64,000 nt of DNA from NCBI GenBank assembly GCA_963702895.1, contig OY969767.1, positions 832,001 to 896,000 on the forward strand. The letters run 5' to 3'. A program made the translations under genes and the position numbers. The DNA comes from an uncultured Elusimicrobia bacterium. GTDB taxonomy: Bacteria; Elusimicrobiota; Elusimicrobia; 2-01-FULL-59-12. The notes under the pieces are model-generated. The model was not told the DNA's origin and made no database searches. It worked only from the letters and a program-made list of their open reading frames with translations. Shown piece by piece: positions 1 to 11,322 of this stretch (position 1 is its first letter; each line of letters starts with the position of its first letter).

Positions 1-429
1 AAGTTTGAGGCGGGCACTCCCAACATTGCGGGCGTCATCGCTTTTGGCGCGGCGCTCGACTATCTGGGCAGGATCGGGATGTCCGATGTTCGCAAGCACG
101 AACAGGAGCTTACCGCCTACGCGCTCAAGGCGCTGACCAGCGATCCCCACATCCAACTCTATGGGCCGCCGGGGGCCCATCAGCGAGGAGGGGTGATCTC
201 CTTCAACTACGGCACCATTCACCCCCACGACATCGGCACCCTTCTTGATCAGGATGGGGTGGCCATCCGGGCAGGACATCACTGCTGCCAGCCCCTCATG
301 CGAGATTTGGGCATCAGCGGGACCGCTCGAGCCAGTTTCTATATTTATAACAGCCAAGAAGACGTCGACGCTCTGGTGGCCTCCTTGCGCAAGGCGGCGG
401 CTCTGTTTTCGGGTGTCTCATCCTCGTGA
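1..429 (+). CDS. sufS: Cysteine desulfurase (SufS type), 5'-truncated by window edge
   Basis: Frame 1 is open from base 1 (KFEAGTPNIAG...); catalytic RAGHHC motif; RASFYIYN. Confidence 0.92.
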   Translation, partial: KFEAGTPNIAGVIAFGAALDYLGRIGMSDVRKHEQELTAYALKALTSDPHIQLYGPPGAHQRGGVISFNYGTIHPHDIGTLLDQDGVAIRAGHHCCQPLMRDLGISGTARASFYIYNSQEDVDALVASLRKAAALFSGVSSS

Positions 430-526
430 CATTTCACAGCTGGATCGTGTACAATTCGACCACAAAGGCGCCCTCCTGCGAGTCCAGGTTTTCCGGCGGT
501 CTTAATACCATAAGGAGCACAAGAGA

Positions 527-2314
527 ATGAAAAGAAAGACAGTTTCGGTTTGGGTTGGCGGTGCGGCAGGAGACGGCATTGCGTCCGTGGGCGAGTCGCT
601 CGCCAAAATTTTCGCCCGCAACGGGCTCCATGTCTACGCCTACAACAGCTATCAATCCGTCATTCGCGGCGGGCATGTTTGGTGGCAGATGCGCGCGGGG
701 TCCGAGAAAGTCTATACCCAGCCGGAAAATTGTCATCTGTTGATCGCCTTAAACCAGGACACCATCGACCAGCATGCCTTAGGCGTCGAAAAGGGAGGGG
801 GCATCCTCTTTAATGCGGACAAACTTCAGGTCCGCCCGGAACACCTGGTGAACGGCATCCAAAGCATGGGCCTGCCGATGAGCAAGCTCGCGAAGCTCCC
901 GATCATGCAAAACACCGTGGCGACCGGCGCCTTTATGTACCTCACGGGACTGCCCGTGGAGTCCCTGGAGAAAGCTCTTCAGGAGCGCTTCGGCAAAAAG
1001 AAGCCTGAAGTGGTCCAGCCGAACATCGATGCGGCCCGGGCCGGTTACGACTTCGCGAAGCAAAATTGGACGAATCTGGGCCTCGGTCTTGAACTGTCCA
1101 AAACGCAACGCTTGGTGATGACGGGCAACCAGGGTTTTGCGGTCGGAGCGCTGGCTGCCAATTGCAAATTCTTCTCCGCCTATCCCATGACCCCGGCCTC
1201 TTCCATCATGCACTTCCTTGCGCCCAACGGGCCCAAGCATGGCATGGTGATGAAGCAGTGCGAGGACGAAATCGCTTCCATGAACATGGCGGTGGGGGCT
1301 GGCCAGATGGGCGTTCGGACCATGACGGCCACCTCGGGTGGCGGGTTCGCCCTGATGACCGAAGCGGTGGGGCTTGCCGGGATGCTGGAAACCCCGGTGG
1401 TCGTCGTGAATGTTCAGCGTGGTGGCCCTTCCACGGGGCTCCCGACCAAAACGGAACAGGCAGACCTCTTCCAGATTTACGGGGCCGGTCAAGGTGATTT
1501 TCCGCGCGTGATCCTGGCGCCGCAGACCATTGAGGATGCCTACTACACGACGGTGGAGTCCTTTAACCTGGCGGAGCGCTATCAGTGCCCGGTCCTTCTT
1601 CTGTCCGACTTGATGCTCTCGGAGCACACCGAGACCGTGGACGGGCTCGATCTTCACGTGCGTGTCGATCGCGGCGATGTTCTGATGGAATGGAAAGGCG
1701 ATAAGCCCTACCTCCGGTATCAAGACACCCCGACCGGCATCTCGCCGCGCATCTATCCCGGAACGCCCCATGCGACCTACGTGTCGCCGTCGGATGAGCA
1801 CAACGAGCGCGGGGAAGTGATCTCGGACGTTTTCACGGATCCCGCCATGCGCAAGAAGATGATGGAAAAGCGCATGCGCAAAATGGAGTACGCGAAAAAA
1901 GAGCTCTCCAAGCTCTTCCCGGTGAAGCTCGAAGGCCCGGCCCATGCCGATGTGACCCTGGTGGGCTGGGGTTCGACCTATAACCTGCTCAAGGCCCTTC
2001 AGCGGCGCCTCGAGGAAGAGGGCACCACCGCCAACATCCTCATGATCAAGGTCATCGCGCCGTTTCTCTCTGAGGACGTGTTCGCGGTCCTGAGCAAAGC
2101 CAAGCGGCCCATCATCATCGAAAACAATTTCACGTCCCAGATGGCCCGTCTCATCCGTATGGAGACCGGTTTCACCATCAAAGACCGGATCTTAAAATAT
2201 GACGGCGAGCCGTTTCCGGCCGGTCTGGCGTACCGTGAGATCAAGAACATTCTTTCCAGGAAGAACAGCGCTGCCGAAGCGGGAGATGTGGTCCGTGTCG
2301 GCGCCGCTGTCTAG
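527..2314 (+). CDS. 2-oxoacid:ferredoxin oxidoreductase alpha subunit (gamma-alpha fusion), copy 1
   Basis: GGAAGDG N-terminus, YPMTP, EDEIA, TATSGGG, QRGGPSTG; RBS AAGGAG. Confidence 0.93.
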   Translation: MKRKTVSVWVGGAAGDGIASVGESLAKIFARNGLHVYAYNSYQSVIRGGHVWWQMRAGSEKVYTQPENCHLLIALNQDTIDQHALGVEKGGGILFNADKLQVRPEHLVNGIQSMGLPMSKLAKLPIMQNTVATGAFMYLTGLPVESLEKALQERFGKKKPEVVQPNIDAARAGYDFAKQNWTNLGLGLELSKTQRLVMTGNQGFAVGALAANCKFFSAYPMTPASSIMHFLAPNGPKHGMVMKQCEDEIASMNMAVGAGQMGVRTMTATSGGGFALMTEAVGLAGMLETPVVVVNVQRGGPSTGLPTKTEQADLFQIYGAGQGDFPRVILAPQTIEDAYYTTVESFNLAERYQCPVLLLSDLMLSEHTETVDGLDLHVRVDRGDVLMEWKGDKPYLRYQDTPTGISPRIYPGTPHATYVSPSDEHNERGEVISDVFTDPAMRKKMMEKRMRKMEYAKKELSKLFPVKLEGPAHADVTLVGWGSTYNLLKALQRRLEEEGTTANILMIKVIAPFLSEDVFAVLSKAKRPIIIENNFTSQMARLIRMETGFTIKDRILKYDGEPFPAGLAYREIKNILSRKNSAAEAGDVVRVGAAV

Positions 2315-2328
2315 AAGGAGATCCCCCC

Positions 2329-3183
2329 ATGGCTGATGTCGCGGTTTTTAAATCGGAAGTAAAACCAGACTGGTGTCCCGGATGCGGAGATTTCGGTGTC
2401 CTGAACGCTCTTCAGAAAGCCTGTGCCGATCTCAACCTTAATCCCCACGAGGTGATGGTGGTCTCGGGTATCGGATGTTCTTCCAACCTGCCGGGCTTCT
2501 TTAATTCCTACGGCCTGCATACGCTGCACGGCCGCTCGGTTGCGGTCGCCCAAGGGGCCAAATTCGGCAACCACGCCATGACGGTCATTGCCGCTGGCGG
2601 TGATGGGGATGGCTACGGGATCGGGGTGGGGCATTTTATTCACGCGATTCGCCGCAACATGGACATGACCTATATCGTCATGGATAACCAGATCTACGGT
2701 CTTACGACGGGACAGACGTCTCCCACGACCGAGCGCATGACGAAGACCAAATCAACGCCCACGGGCAGCCTGGAGAACGCGCTCAATCCGCTTGCTCTTT
2801 CCCTTGCCGGTGGAGCCTCCTTTGTCGCGCGGGGTTTCTCCGGTGAGCCTATGCATCTGGCGGAGATCATGAAGAAGGCCATCCAGCACAAGGGTTTTTC
2901 GCATATCGATGTGTTCAGCCCCTGCGTGACCTACAACAAGACCAACACCTATCCCTTCTTTAAGCAGCGCGTCTATAAGCTCGAGGACGAAAAACATAAC
3001 ACGCTGGATTTTGAGGCGGCAATGAAAAAGGCCTACGAATGGGGCGACCGGATTCCCATCGGCGTGTTTTACGCAAAGGAGCGACCCGTTTATGAGGACG
3101 GCGAGACGGCCATGATGGCCGGCCCGCTCGCCAAGCAACCCTTTAGACAGCTCGATCGTTCCATTCTTAATGAGTTCGTCTGA
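2329..3183 (+). CDS. 2-oxoacid:ferredoxin oxidoreductase beta subunit, copy 1
   Basis: WCPGCGD, SGIGCS, ThDP-binding GGDGD...DNQIYG, SPCVTYN. Confidence 0.93.
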   Translation: MADVAVFKSEVKPDWCPGCGDFGVLNALQKACADLNLNPHEVMVVSGIGCSSNLPGFFNSYGLHTLHGRSVAVAQGAKFGNHAMTVIAAGGDGDGYGIGVGHFIHAIRRNMDMTYIVMDNQIYGLTTGQTSPTTERMTKTKSTPTGSLENALNPLALSLAGGASFVARGFSGEPMHLAEIMKKAIQHKGFSHIDVFSPCVTYNKTNTYPFFKQRVYKLEDEKHNTLDFEAAMKKAYEWGDRIPIGVFYAKERPVYEDGETAMMAGPLAKQPFRQLDRSILNEFV

Positions 3184-3199
3184 GTCGTAAGGAGGCTCT

Positions 3200-3520
3200 A
3201 TGATCACGGTGACCCCGGGCGCCGTTTCAGAAGTGAAGCGGCTTCTTTCCAAGGAAAATAAACCAGAAATCGGCTTACGCGTTGGCATACGCGCCGGTGG
3301 TTGTTCGGGCTTCTCCTATGTGCTTGGCTTTGATTCAGCGCAGGCCGAAGACAACATCCAGGAGATCGAGGGGATCAAAGTCCTGATCGATTCCAAGAGC
3401 GTGCCCTATTTGAACGGTACGGAGCTGGACTATCAAGACGGTCTCCAAGGCAAGGGTTTCACGTTCCATAACCCCAACGCCACCAAGAGCTGTGGCTGCG
3501 GCGAGTCTTTTTCAGTCTAG
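3200..3520 (+). CDS. A-type Fe-S carrier (IscA/ErpA/HesB family)
   Basis: GGCSG and NPNA...CGCGESF motifs. Confidence 0.93.
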   Translation: MITVTPGAVSEVKRLLSKENKPEIGLRVGIRAGGCSGFSYVLGFDSAQAEDNIQEIEGIKVLIDSKSVPYLNGTELDYQDGLQGKGFTFHNPNATKSCGCGESFSV

Positions 3521-3525
3521 CCGGC

Positions 3526-3780
3526 ATGGAGATTGTTGACCCGCGTGAGCTTCTCTCGGGCGGGATGTTCCGGGAAAACCCCTTCCGCGAAGCGATCCAG
3601 GCCTACGATTGGCAGAAGCTGAAGGGCAAACACGTTCTGATTCAGGGGTGTCCTAGTCCGCTTCCCATTTGGGCCTATCTGATGATTATGTCGGAGCTTC
3701 TTCCTTATGCGAAGTCGATCAGCTACGGCGAATTAAAATCCCCTCTTACGGTCTTGGGGAGTTTGGGGGATGCTTCATAA
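3526..3780 (+). CDS. Small protein resembling DUF2480
   Basis: FRE..FRE....YDW...K.V.I.C....P.WAYL pattern recalled for DUF2480; no search run. Confidence 0.55.
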   Translation: MEIVDPRELLSGGMFRENPFREAIQAYDWQKLKGKHVLIQGCPSPLPIWAYLMIMSELLPYAKSISYGELKSPLTVLGSLGDAS

Positions 3781-3784
3781 TTTT

Positions 3785-4870
3785 ATGGTTCAAAACGACG
3801 CCATTTTAGAGGCCCTTGGGAAAGTTCAGGAACCTGAACTGCACAAGGACCTCGTGACGCTCAACATGATCCGGGACCTGGAGGTCGAGGGAGGGGCGGT
3901 TCGGTTTACCCTCATGTTGACCACGCCCGCTTGTCCTTTGAAAGACAAGATGAAGCAAGAAGCTGAAGAAGCGGTCCGGCGTGTGCCAGGCGTACGGTCC
4001 GTTGAGATTCAGCTTTCCGCAGAAGTGAAGACGAACTCCCGGCTGAGCGAAAACGCGAAACTTCCCTCCGGCCTTAAAAATATTCTTGCGGTGGCGAGCG
4101 GCAAAGGGGGGGTGGGGAAAAGCACGGCATCCGTCAATCTTGCCGTCTGCCTCCAGAAGAGCGGTGCGAAGGTCGGGCTTCTCGATGCCGACATCTATGG
4201 GCCGAACATCCCCATGATGATGGGGCTCCCCGAAGAGCGTCCCGCCGTGAATGACCAGGGAGAGCTGATCCCCTTTGAGAAGTACGGTGTGAAGGTGATC
4301 TCCCTTGGATTTCTCGTCGACCCCGGCAAGCCCGTCATCTGGCGGGGACCCATGCTCCATGGGGTTATTCGACAGTTTTTAACCAGCGTCGCCTGGGGAG
4401 AGCTCGATTACCTGGTGGTGGATCTTCCGCCGGGAACGGGAGACGCCCAGCTGAGTTTGGTGCAGACCGTGCCCTTGTCGGGCGCGGTCATCGTCACAAC
4501 ACCTCAGGCGGTCGCGCTCTCGGATGTGCGCCGGTCGATCGGGATGTTTCGCGAGGTGCGTGTTCCGGTGCTCGGAATTATCGAAAACATGGCAGGACTC
4601 GATTGTCCGCATTGTCACCAACACATCGACCTCTTTAGCGGTCAGGGCGGCCAAACGTTGAGTGAAGAATACGAGGTCCCGCTTTTGGGCCAGGTGCCCT
4701 TTGATCCGGCCATCGGTCAGAGTGGAGACCAGGGCGTGCCCGTAACGCTCGCCAAGCCAGAGTCCGCCCAGGCAAAAGCATTCCAGAGCGCCGCCGCCTG
4801 GGTGGCGGCGCGCGTCAGCGTTTTGAACGCCGAAACCGAGAACACCAAGCCTCTAATTTCTGTCAGTTAG
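3785..4870 (+). CDS. mrp: Mrp/ApbC/NBP35 Fe-S carrier ATPase with N-terminal DUF59
   Basis: LTTPACP, SGKGGVGKST, DADIYGP, WRGPM, DLPPGTGD, CPHC; alternative start at 3770. Confidence 0.92.
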   Translation: MVQNDAILEALGKVQEPELHKDLVTLNMIRDLEVEGGAVRFTLMLTTPACPLKDKMKQEAEEAVRRVPGVRSVEIQLSAEVKTNSRLSENAKLPSGLKNILAVASGKGGVGKSTASVNLAVCLQKSGAKVGLLDADIYGPNIPMMMGLPEERPAVNDQGELIPFEKYGVKVISLGFLVDPGKPVIWRGPMLHGVIRQFLTSVAWGELDYLVVDLPPGTGDAQLSLVQTVPLSGAVIVTTPQAVALSDVRRSIGMFREVRVPVLGIIENMAGLDCPHCHQHIDLFSGQGGQTLSEEYEVPLLGQVPFDPAIGQSGDQGVPVTLAKPESAQAKAFQSAAAWVAARVSVLNAETENTKPLISVS

Positions 4871-7152
<2,282 letters not shown>

Positions 7153-7155
7153 ACC

Positions 7156-8601
7156 ATGCTCACGATTACGCTCGTCGATGCCAAGAAATGGAAAGGGAAG
7201 GGCGAGACGCTGGCACGCTTTGTTTATGAAGAGGAGGCGCCCGCCCTCGCGAAGGAAGACGGATTCAAAGCTCAGGAGCTGGAAACGTTTCTTTATCGTC
7301 CGAAAGACGCGAGGCCCGCGCAACGGGTCCTTCTGATTGGTCTAGGCAAGAAAAAGGAATTTTCCAATGAGGTGTTGCGGCGGGCCGCCTCCAAAGTGCT
7401 GCGTGTGGCCGAGTCCTTGGACCTCAAGAAACTTCATGTCTCGGCGCTCGAACAAGCCTCCTGGGGGCCGGCTCAGGCGCAGGAATTTCAGGCTTTTTGC
7501 GAGGGCCTTTATCTGGCGGCCTATCGATACGACAAGCACAAGACGCCCTCCGCGGACAAGCCAAAGCCTGTGGAAGAGGTGGTCGTGACATTGGAGCAGC
7601 AGGGTGTGGCGGCCAAAATGGCCCTGCGCAGGGCCAAGCTCTACAGCCAGGCGACGATGCTGGCGCGCGATTTGATCAATGAGCCGCCCAGCCGTATGAA
7701 CCCGGAGCGGCTGGCCCAAGAGGCCAAAAAAATCCAGACGGCCGCCCTTACGGTAAAAGTTTACGAGACCCAAGATCTCCAGAGACTCGGGATGGGTGCC
7801 ATCCTGGGCGTTGGCGCCGGCGGCGCGGTGCCCCCGCGCTTTGTGGAAATCATTTATAAGCCTTCCGGGAAGGCGAAGAAAGTGCTTGCGCTGGTGGGCA
7901 AGGGGATCACGTTTGATTCGGGCGGGCTCTCTCTCAAACCGGCCCAGTCGATGGAAACCATGAAGGACGATATGTCCGGCGCGGCCGCGGTGCTGGCTGT
8001 GATGAGCGTTCTGCCGGAGCTTGCACCATCCCTCGAAGTGCGGGGGTATCTGGCGATCGCCGAGAATATGCCCGGCGGACGCGCCCAAAAACCCGGAGAC
8101 GTTCTCAAAGCCTACAACGGCAAGACGATCGAGGTCCTGAACACAGACGCGGAAGGCCGGCTCGTGCTTGCGGATGCTCTTGCCTACGCTTGTTCGAAGA
8201 AACCGGACGTTGTGATGGATATCGCGACCCTCACGGGGGCTTGTGTGGTCGCACTCGGTCACCGGATCTCCGCCGTCATGACCAATACGCCCAAACTTTT
8301 TTCGGAGCTTAAGGCGGCGGGTGAAGCGGCAGGTGAGAAGTTCTGGGAACTTCCGCTCGACAAGGATTATCAGGCGGACGTAAAGAGTAAATTGGCAGAT
8401 GTCCAAAATATTGGCAAGCGGCGCGGGGAGGCCGGCACCATCATCGGTGGACTCTTTCTGCAGGAGTTTGTGGATGGCCGACCTTGGGTCCATATCGATA
8501 TCGCAGGGCCTTCTTGGACCGATGCGGACCAGCCCTATTGCCCCACGGGGGGAACAGGGCATCCTGTGAGAACGTTGCTACACTATATTGAAAGTCTGTG
8601 A
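7156..8601 (+). CDS. pepA: Leucyl aminopeptidase (M17)
   Basis: GKGITFDSGG, MKDDMSG, NTDAEGRL, ATLTG, HIDIAG. Confidence 0.93.
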   Translation: MLTITLVDAKKWKGKGETLARFVYEEEAPALAKEDGFKAQELETFLYRPKDARPAQRVLLIGLGKKKEFSNEVLRRAASKVLRVAESLDLKKLHVSALEQASWGPAQAQEFQAFCEGLYLAAYRYDKHKTPSADKPKPVEEVVVTLEQQGVAAKMALRRAKLYSQATMLARDLINEPPSRMNPERLAQEAKKIQTAALTVKVYETQDLQRLGMGAILGVGAGGAVPPRFVEIIYKPSGKAKKVLALVGKGITFDSGGLSLKPAQSMETMKDDMSGAAAVLAVMSVLPELAPSLEVRGYLAIAENMPGGRAQKPGDVLKAYNGKTIEVLNTDAEGRLVLADALAYACSKKPDVVMDIATLTGACVVALGHRISAVMTNTPKLFSELKAAGEAAGEKFWELPLDKDYQADVKSKLADVQNIGKRRGEAGTIIGGLFLQEFVDGRPWVHIDIAGPSWTDADQPYCPTGGTGHPVRTLLHYIESL

Positions 8602-8623
8602 AGAAAGAGAAAGGAACCCTACC

Positions 8624-10354
8624 ATGGAAATGACCGGCGCCCAAATCGTGTGTGAAGTCTTGAAACGCGAGGGTGTGGAAGTCGTCTTCGGCATTCCTGG
8701 CGGGTCCAATCTCCCGCTCAACGATGCCCTGGGACAATCGGGCCTGCGCTTTGTGCTCACGCGCCACGAACAGGGCGCCTCCCATATGGCCGATGGCTAT
8801 GCCCGTTCGACGGGCAAGACCGGGGTGTGTTTTGCCACCTCCGGCCCCGGCGCGACGAATCTGGTGACGGGACTGGCGACTGCCAACATGGATTCCATTC
8901 CGGTGGTCGCGATCACGGGCCAGGTCCGTACCGATGTGATTGGTTCGGATGCCTTCCAGGAAGCCGATATCACGGGCATCACGCGCCCCATCACCAAACA
9001 TAATTTTCTCGTCAAGGATGTCCGCGATCTGCGCCGGGCGCTTCAGGAGGCGTTTCATATCGCCGGCTCGGGCCGGCCCGGTCCCGTGCTGGTCGATATC
9101 CCGGTGGATGTTCAGCGCGCTAAAACTGAATACGATTGGGAAGACACCATCGAAATCCGCTCATACAAGCCAACCGTCAAGGGCCATCCCGGCCAGATCA
9201 AGAAGGCGGCGGAGCTCATCAAGGGGGCCAAACGGCCCCTGCTGTATGTGGGTGGCGGCATCATCCTCTCAGGCGCTTCCGAGGCGCTCCGCAAGCTGGC
9301 GGAAAAAGCCGACATCCCCGTGGCCTGGACGCTGATGGCCAACGGCGCTTTTCCTCCCGATCATGACCTTCATCTCGGGCCGCTCGGCATGCATGGCAAG
9401 TACAGCACGAATATCGCCATGCAGAAGTGCGATCTTTTGATCGCCGCGGGATCGCGCTTTGATGACCGAGTCACAGGAAAGCTCGAGGCCTTCTCGCCTC
9501 ATTCCAAGAAAATCCACATCGACATTGACCCCGCGAATATTTCGAAGAGCGTCCACGCGCATTGCCCGGTCGTGGGGGACCTCAAGCATGTGCTGAGCGA
9601 ACTCGCGGAGTCGGTGCCGAAACTCGACCACAGCGCCTGGATCAAAGAGGTGAAGCGCTGGGACGAGGAAAACCCCCTCACGTATAAGAAGGACAGTATC
9701 GTTCGGCCGCAATACGTGATCGATGAGCTTTGCCGCCTCACGAAGGGGGAGGCGATCGTATCCACCGGCGTGGGACAGCACCAGATGTGGGCCATGCAGT
9801 GGTATCAGGCGAAAAAACCCCGGCACTTTCTCACCTCCGGAGGGCTCGGCACGATGGGCTATGGCTACCCGGCCGCGCTGGGCGCCAAGTTTGGCAACCC
9901 GGACAAGATCGTCGTGTGCATCGATGGCGATGGCTCTTTTCAAATGACGGCCTCCGAACTGGCCACGGCGACGATGGAAAAGTGCCCGGTGCTCGTCATC
10001 ATCCTCAACAATTACTTTCTCGGGATGGTGCGGCAATGGCAGGAGCTTTTCTACGACAAGCGCTTTGCCTCCATCTGCTTAACGGCGGGAGCCGGCAAGC
10101 CGAAAAAGGACACCAAATTCAACCCCAAGGACCTCGCCTATATTCCGGATTTTGTGAAGCTCGCGGAAGCCCAAGGAGCGCTGGGACTGCGCGTCACGAA
10201 AAAGGATGAAGTCACCCCTATGCTCGAGCGCGCTCTTAAAGAGGTGAAGCACCGCACGGTCGTGATGGACGTCTATATCAACCCGGAGGAAAAGGTGTTT
10301 CCGATGGTTCCCGCCGGCAAGGGTCTGGACGACATCATTGTGGATATGGCATAA
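8624..10354 (+). CDS. ilvB: Acetolactate synthase large subunit
   Basis: RHEQGA, TSGPGATN, DAFQE, RFDDRV, GDGSF..N..LGMVRQWQ; start placed after AAGGA. Confidence 0.93.
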   Translation: MEMTGAQIVCEVLKREGVEVVFGIPGGSNLPLNDALGQSGLRFVLTRHEQGASHMADGYARSTGKTGVCFATSGPGATNLVTGLATANMDSIPVVAITGQVRTDVIGSDAFQEADITGITRPITKHNFLVKDVRDLRRALQEAFHIAGSGRPGPVLVDIPVDVQRAKTEYDWEDTIEIRSYKPTVKGHPGQIKKAAELIKGAKRPLLYVGGGIILSGASEALRKLAEKADIPVAWTLMANGAFPPDHDLHLGPLGMHGKYSTNIAMQKCDLLIAAGSRFDDRVTGKLEAFSPHSKKIHIDIDPANISKSVHAHCPVVGDLKHVLSELAESVPKLDHSAWIKEVKRWDEENPLTYKKDSIVRPQYVIDELCRLTKGEAIVSTGVGQHQMWAMQWYQAKKPRHFLTSGGLGTMGYGYPAALGAKFGNPDKIVVCIDGDGSFQMTASELATATMEKCPVLVIILNNYFLGMVRQWQELFYDKRFASICLTAGAGKPKKDTKFNPKDLAYIPDFVKLAEAQGALGLRVTKKDEVTPMLERALKEVKHRTVVMDVYINPEEKVFPMVPAGKGLDDIIVDMA

Positions 10355-10362
10355 GGAGCCCT

Positions 10363-11316
10363 ATGGCCGAACTCTACGACATCATCGTGGTCGGCGCCGG
10401 TCCGGGGGGCCTAGCGGCGGGTCTTTACGGCGCGCGCGCCAAGCTCAAGGTCGTGGTCCTCGAGAAGGAGCTTCCCGGCGGCCAGATCAATAAGACAGGC
10501 GTGATTGAGGACTATCCGGGATTTGCCTCGATTGACGCCAGAGAGCTCGCGGAACGCATGGCCAACCACGCCAAAGAGGCGGGGACTCCGATTCTTTCCA
10601 CGAACGCCACAAGCCTTCGCAAGAAAGGCGATCTCTTTGAAGTGGAAACGTCCGAAGGCGTCCTCCAGGGCAGGGCGGCGATTGTCGCCACAGGCGGCAG
10701 CCCCAACTATTTAGGCTGTAAAGGGGAAAAAGAATTCTGGACCAAAGGCGTGAGCTACTGCGCGATCTGCGACGGCCCCCTGCCGATTTTCCGAAACAAA
10801 CCCATGGTGGTGGTGGGCGGCGGCGACGCGGCGCTGGAGGAGGGCGTCTATCTCACCAAATTCGCGTCCAAAGTCTATCTCGTTCACCGGCGGGAGGAAT
10901 TCCGTGCCTCCCGTATCGTTCAGGAACGGGCGCGGCAAAACCCCAAAATAGAATTTGTGCTCAACGCCACAGTGGCTGAGGTGGGCGGTTCTGATCTTCT
11001 GGAATGGGCGGACATCAAGCATGTGAAGACGGGTCAGATCACCCGTTATCCCGTGAACGGGTTGTTTGTCTATATCGGCTTTAAGCCCAACAGCGATATC
11101 GTCAAAGAACCGCTCAAAAAGGACGCTCTCGGTTACATCCTGACGAATCAAAATATGCAGACCTCGATTCCGGGGCTTTTCGCGGTCGGTGATGTGCGCC
11201 AGCAGCTCACGCGGCAGATCACCAACGCCGTCGGTGACGGGACCACCGCGGCGGTCGCGGCCGAAAAATATATCCATGGAACCTTGCAGACAACGCCGGT
11301 GGGCGCCGGTCTCTAA
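10363..11316 (+). CDS. trxB: Thioredoxin-disulfide reductase
   Basis: GAGPGG, GVSYCAICDG, GGGDAA, HRR, GDV. Confidence 0.93.
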   Translation: MAELYDIIVVGAGPGGLAAGLYGARAKLKVVVLEKELPGGQINKTGVIEDYPGFASIDARELAERMANHAKEAGTPILSTNATSLRKKGDLFEVETSEGVLQGRAAIVATGGSPNYLGCKGEKEFWTKGVSYCAICDGPLPIFRNKPMVVVGGGDAALEEGVYLTKFASKVYLVHRREEFRASRIVQERARQNPKIEFVLNATVAEVGGSDLLEWADIKHVKTGQITRYPVNGLFVYIGFKPNSDIVKEPLKKDALGYILTNQNMQTSIPGLFAVGDVRQQLTRQITNAVGDGTTAAVAAEKYIHGTLQTTPVGAGL

Positions 11317-11322
11317 CAGGGA

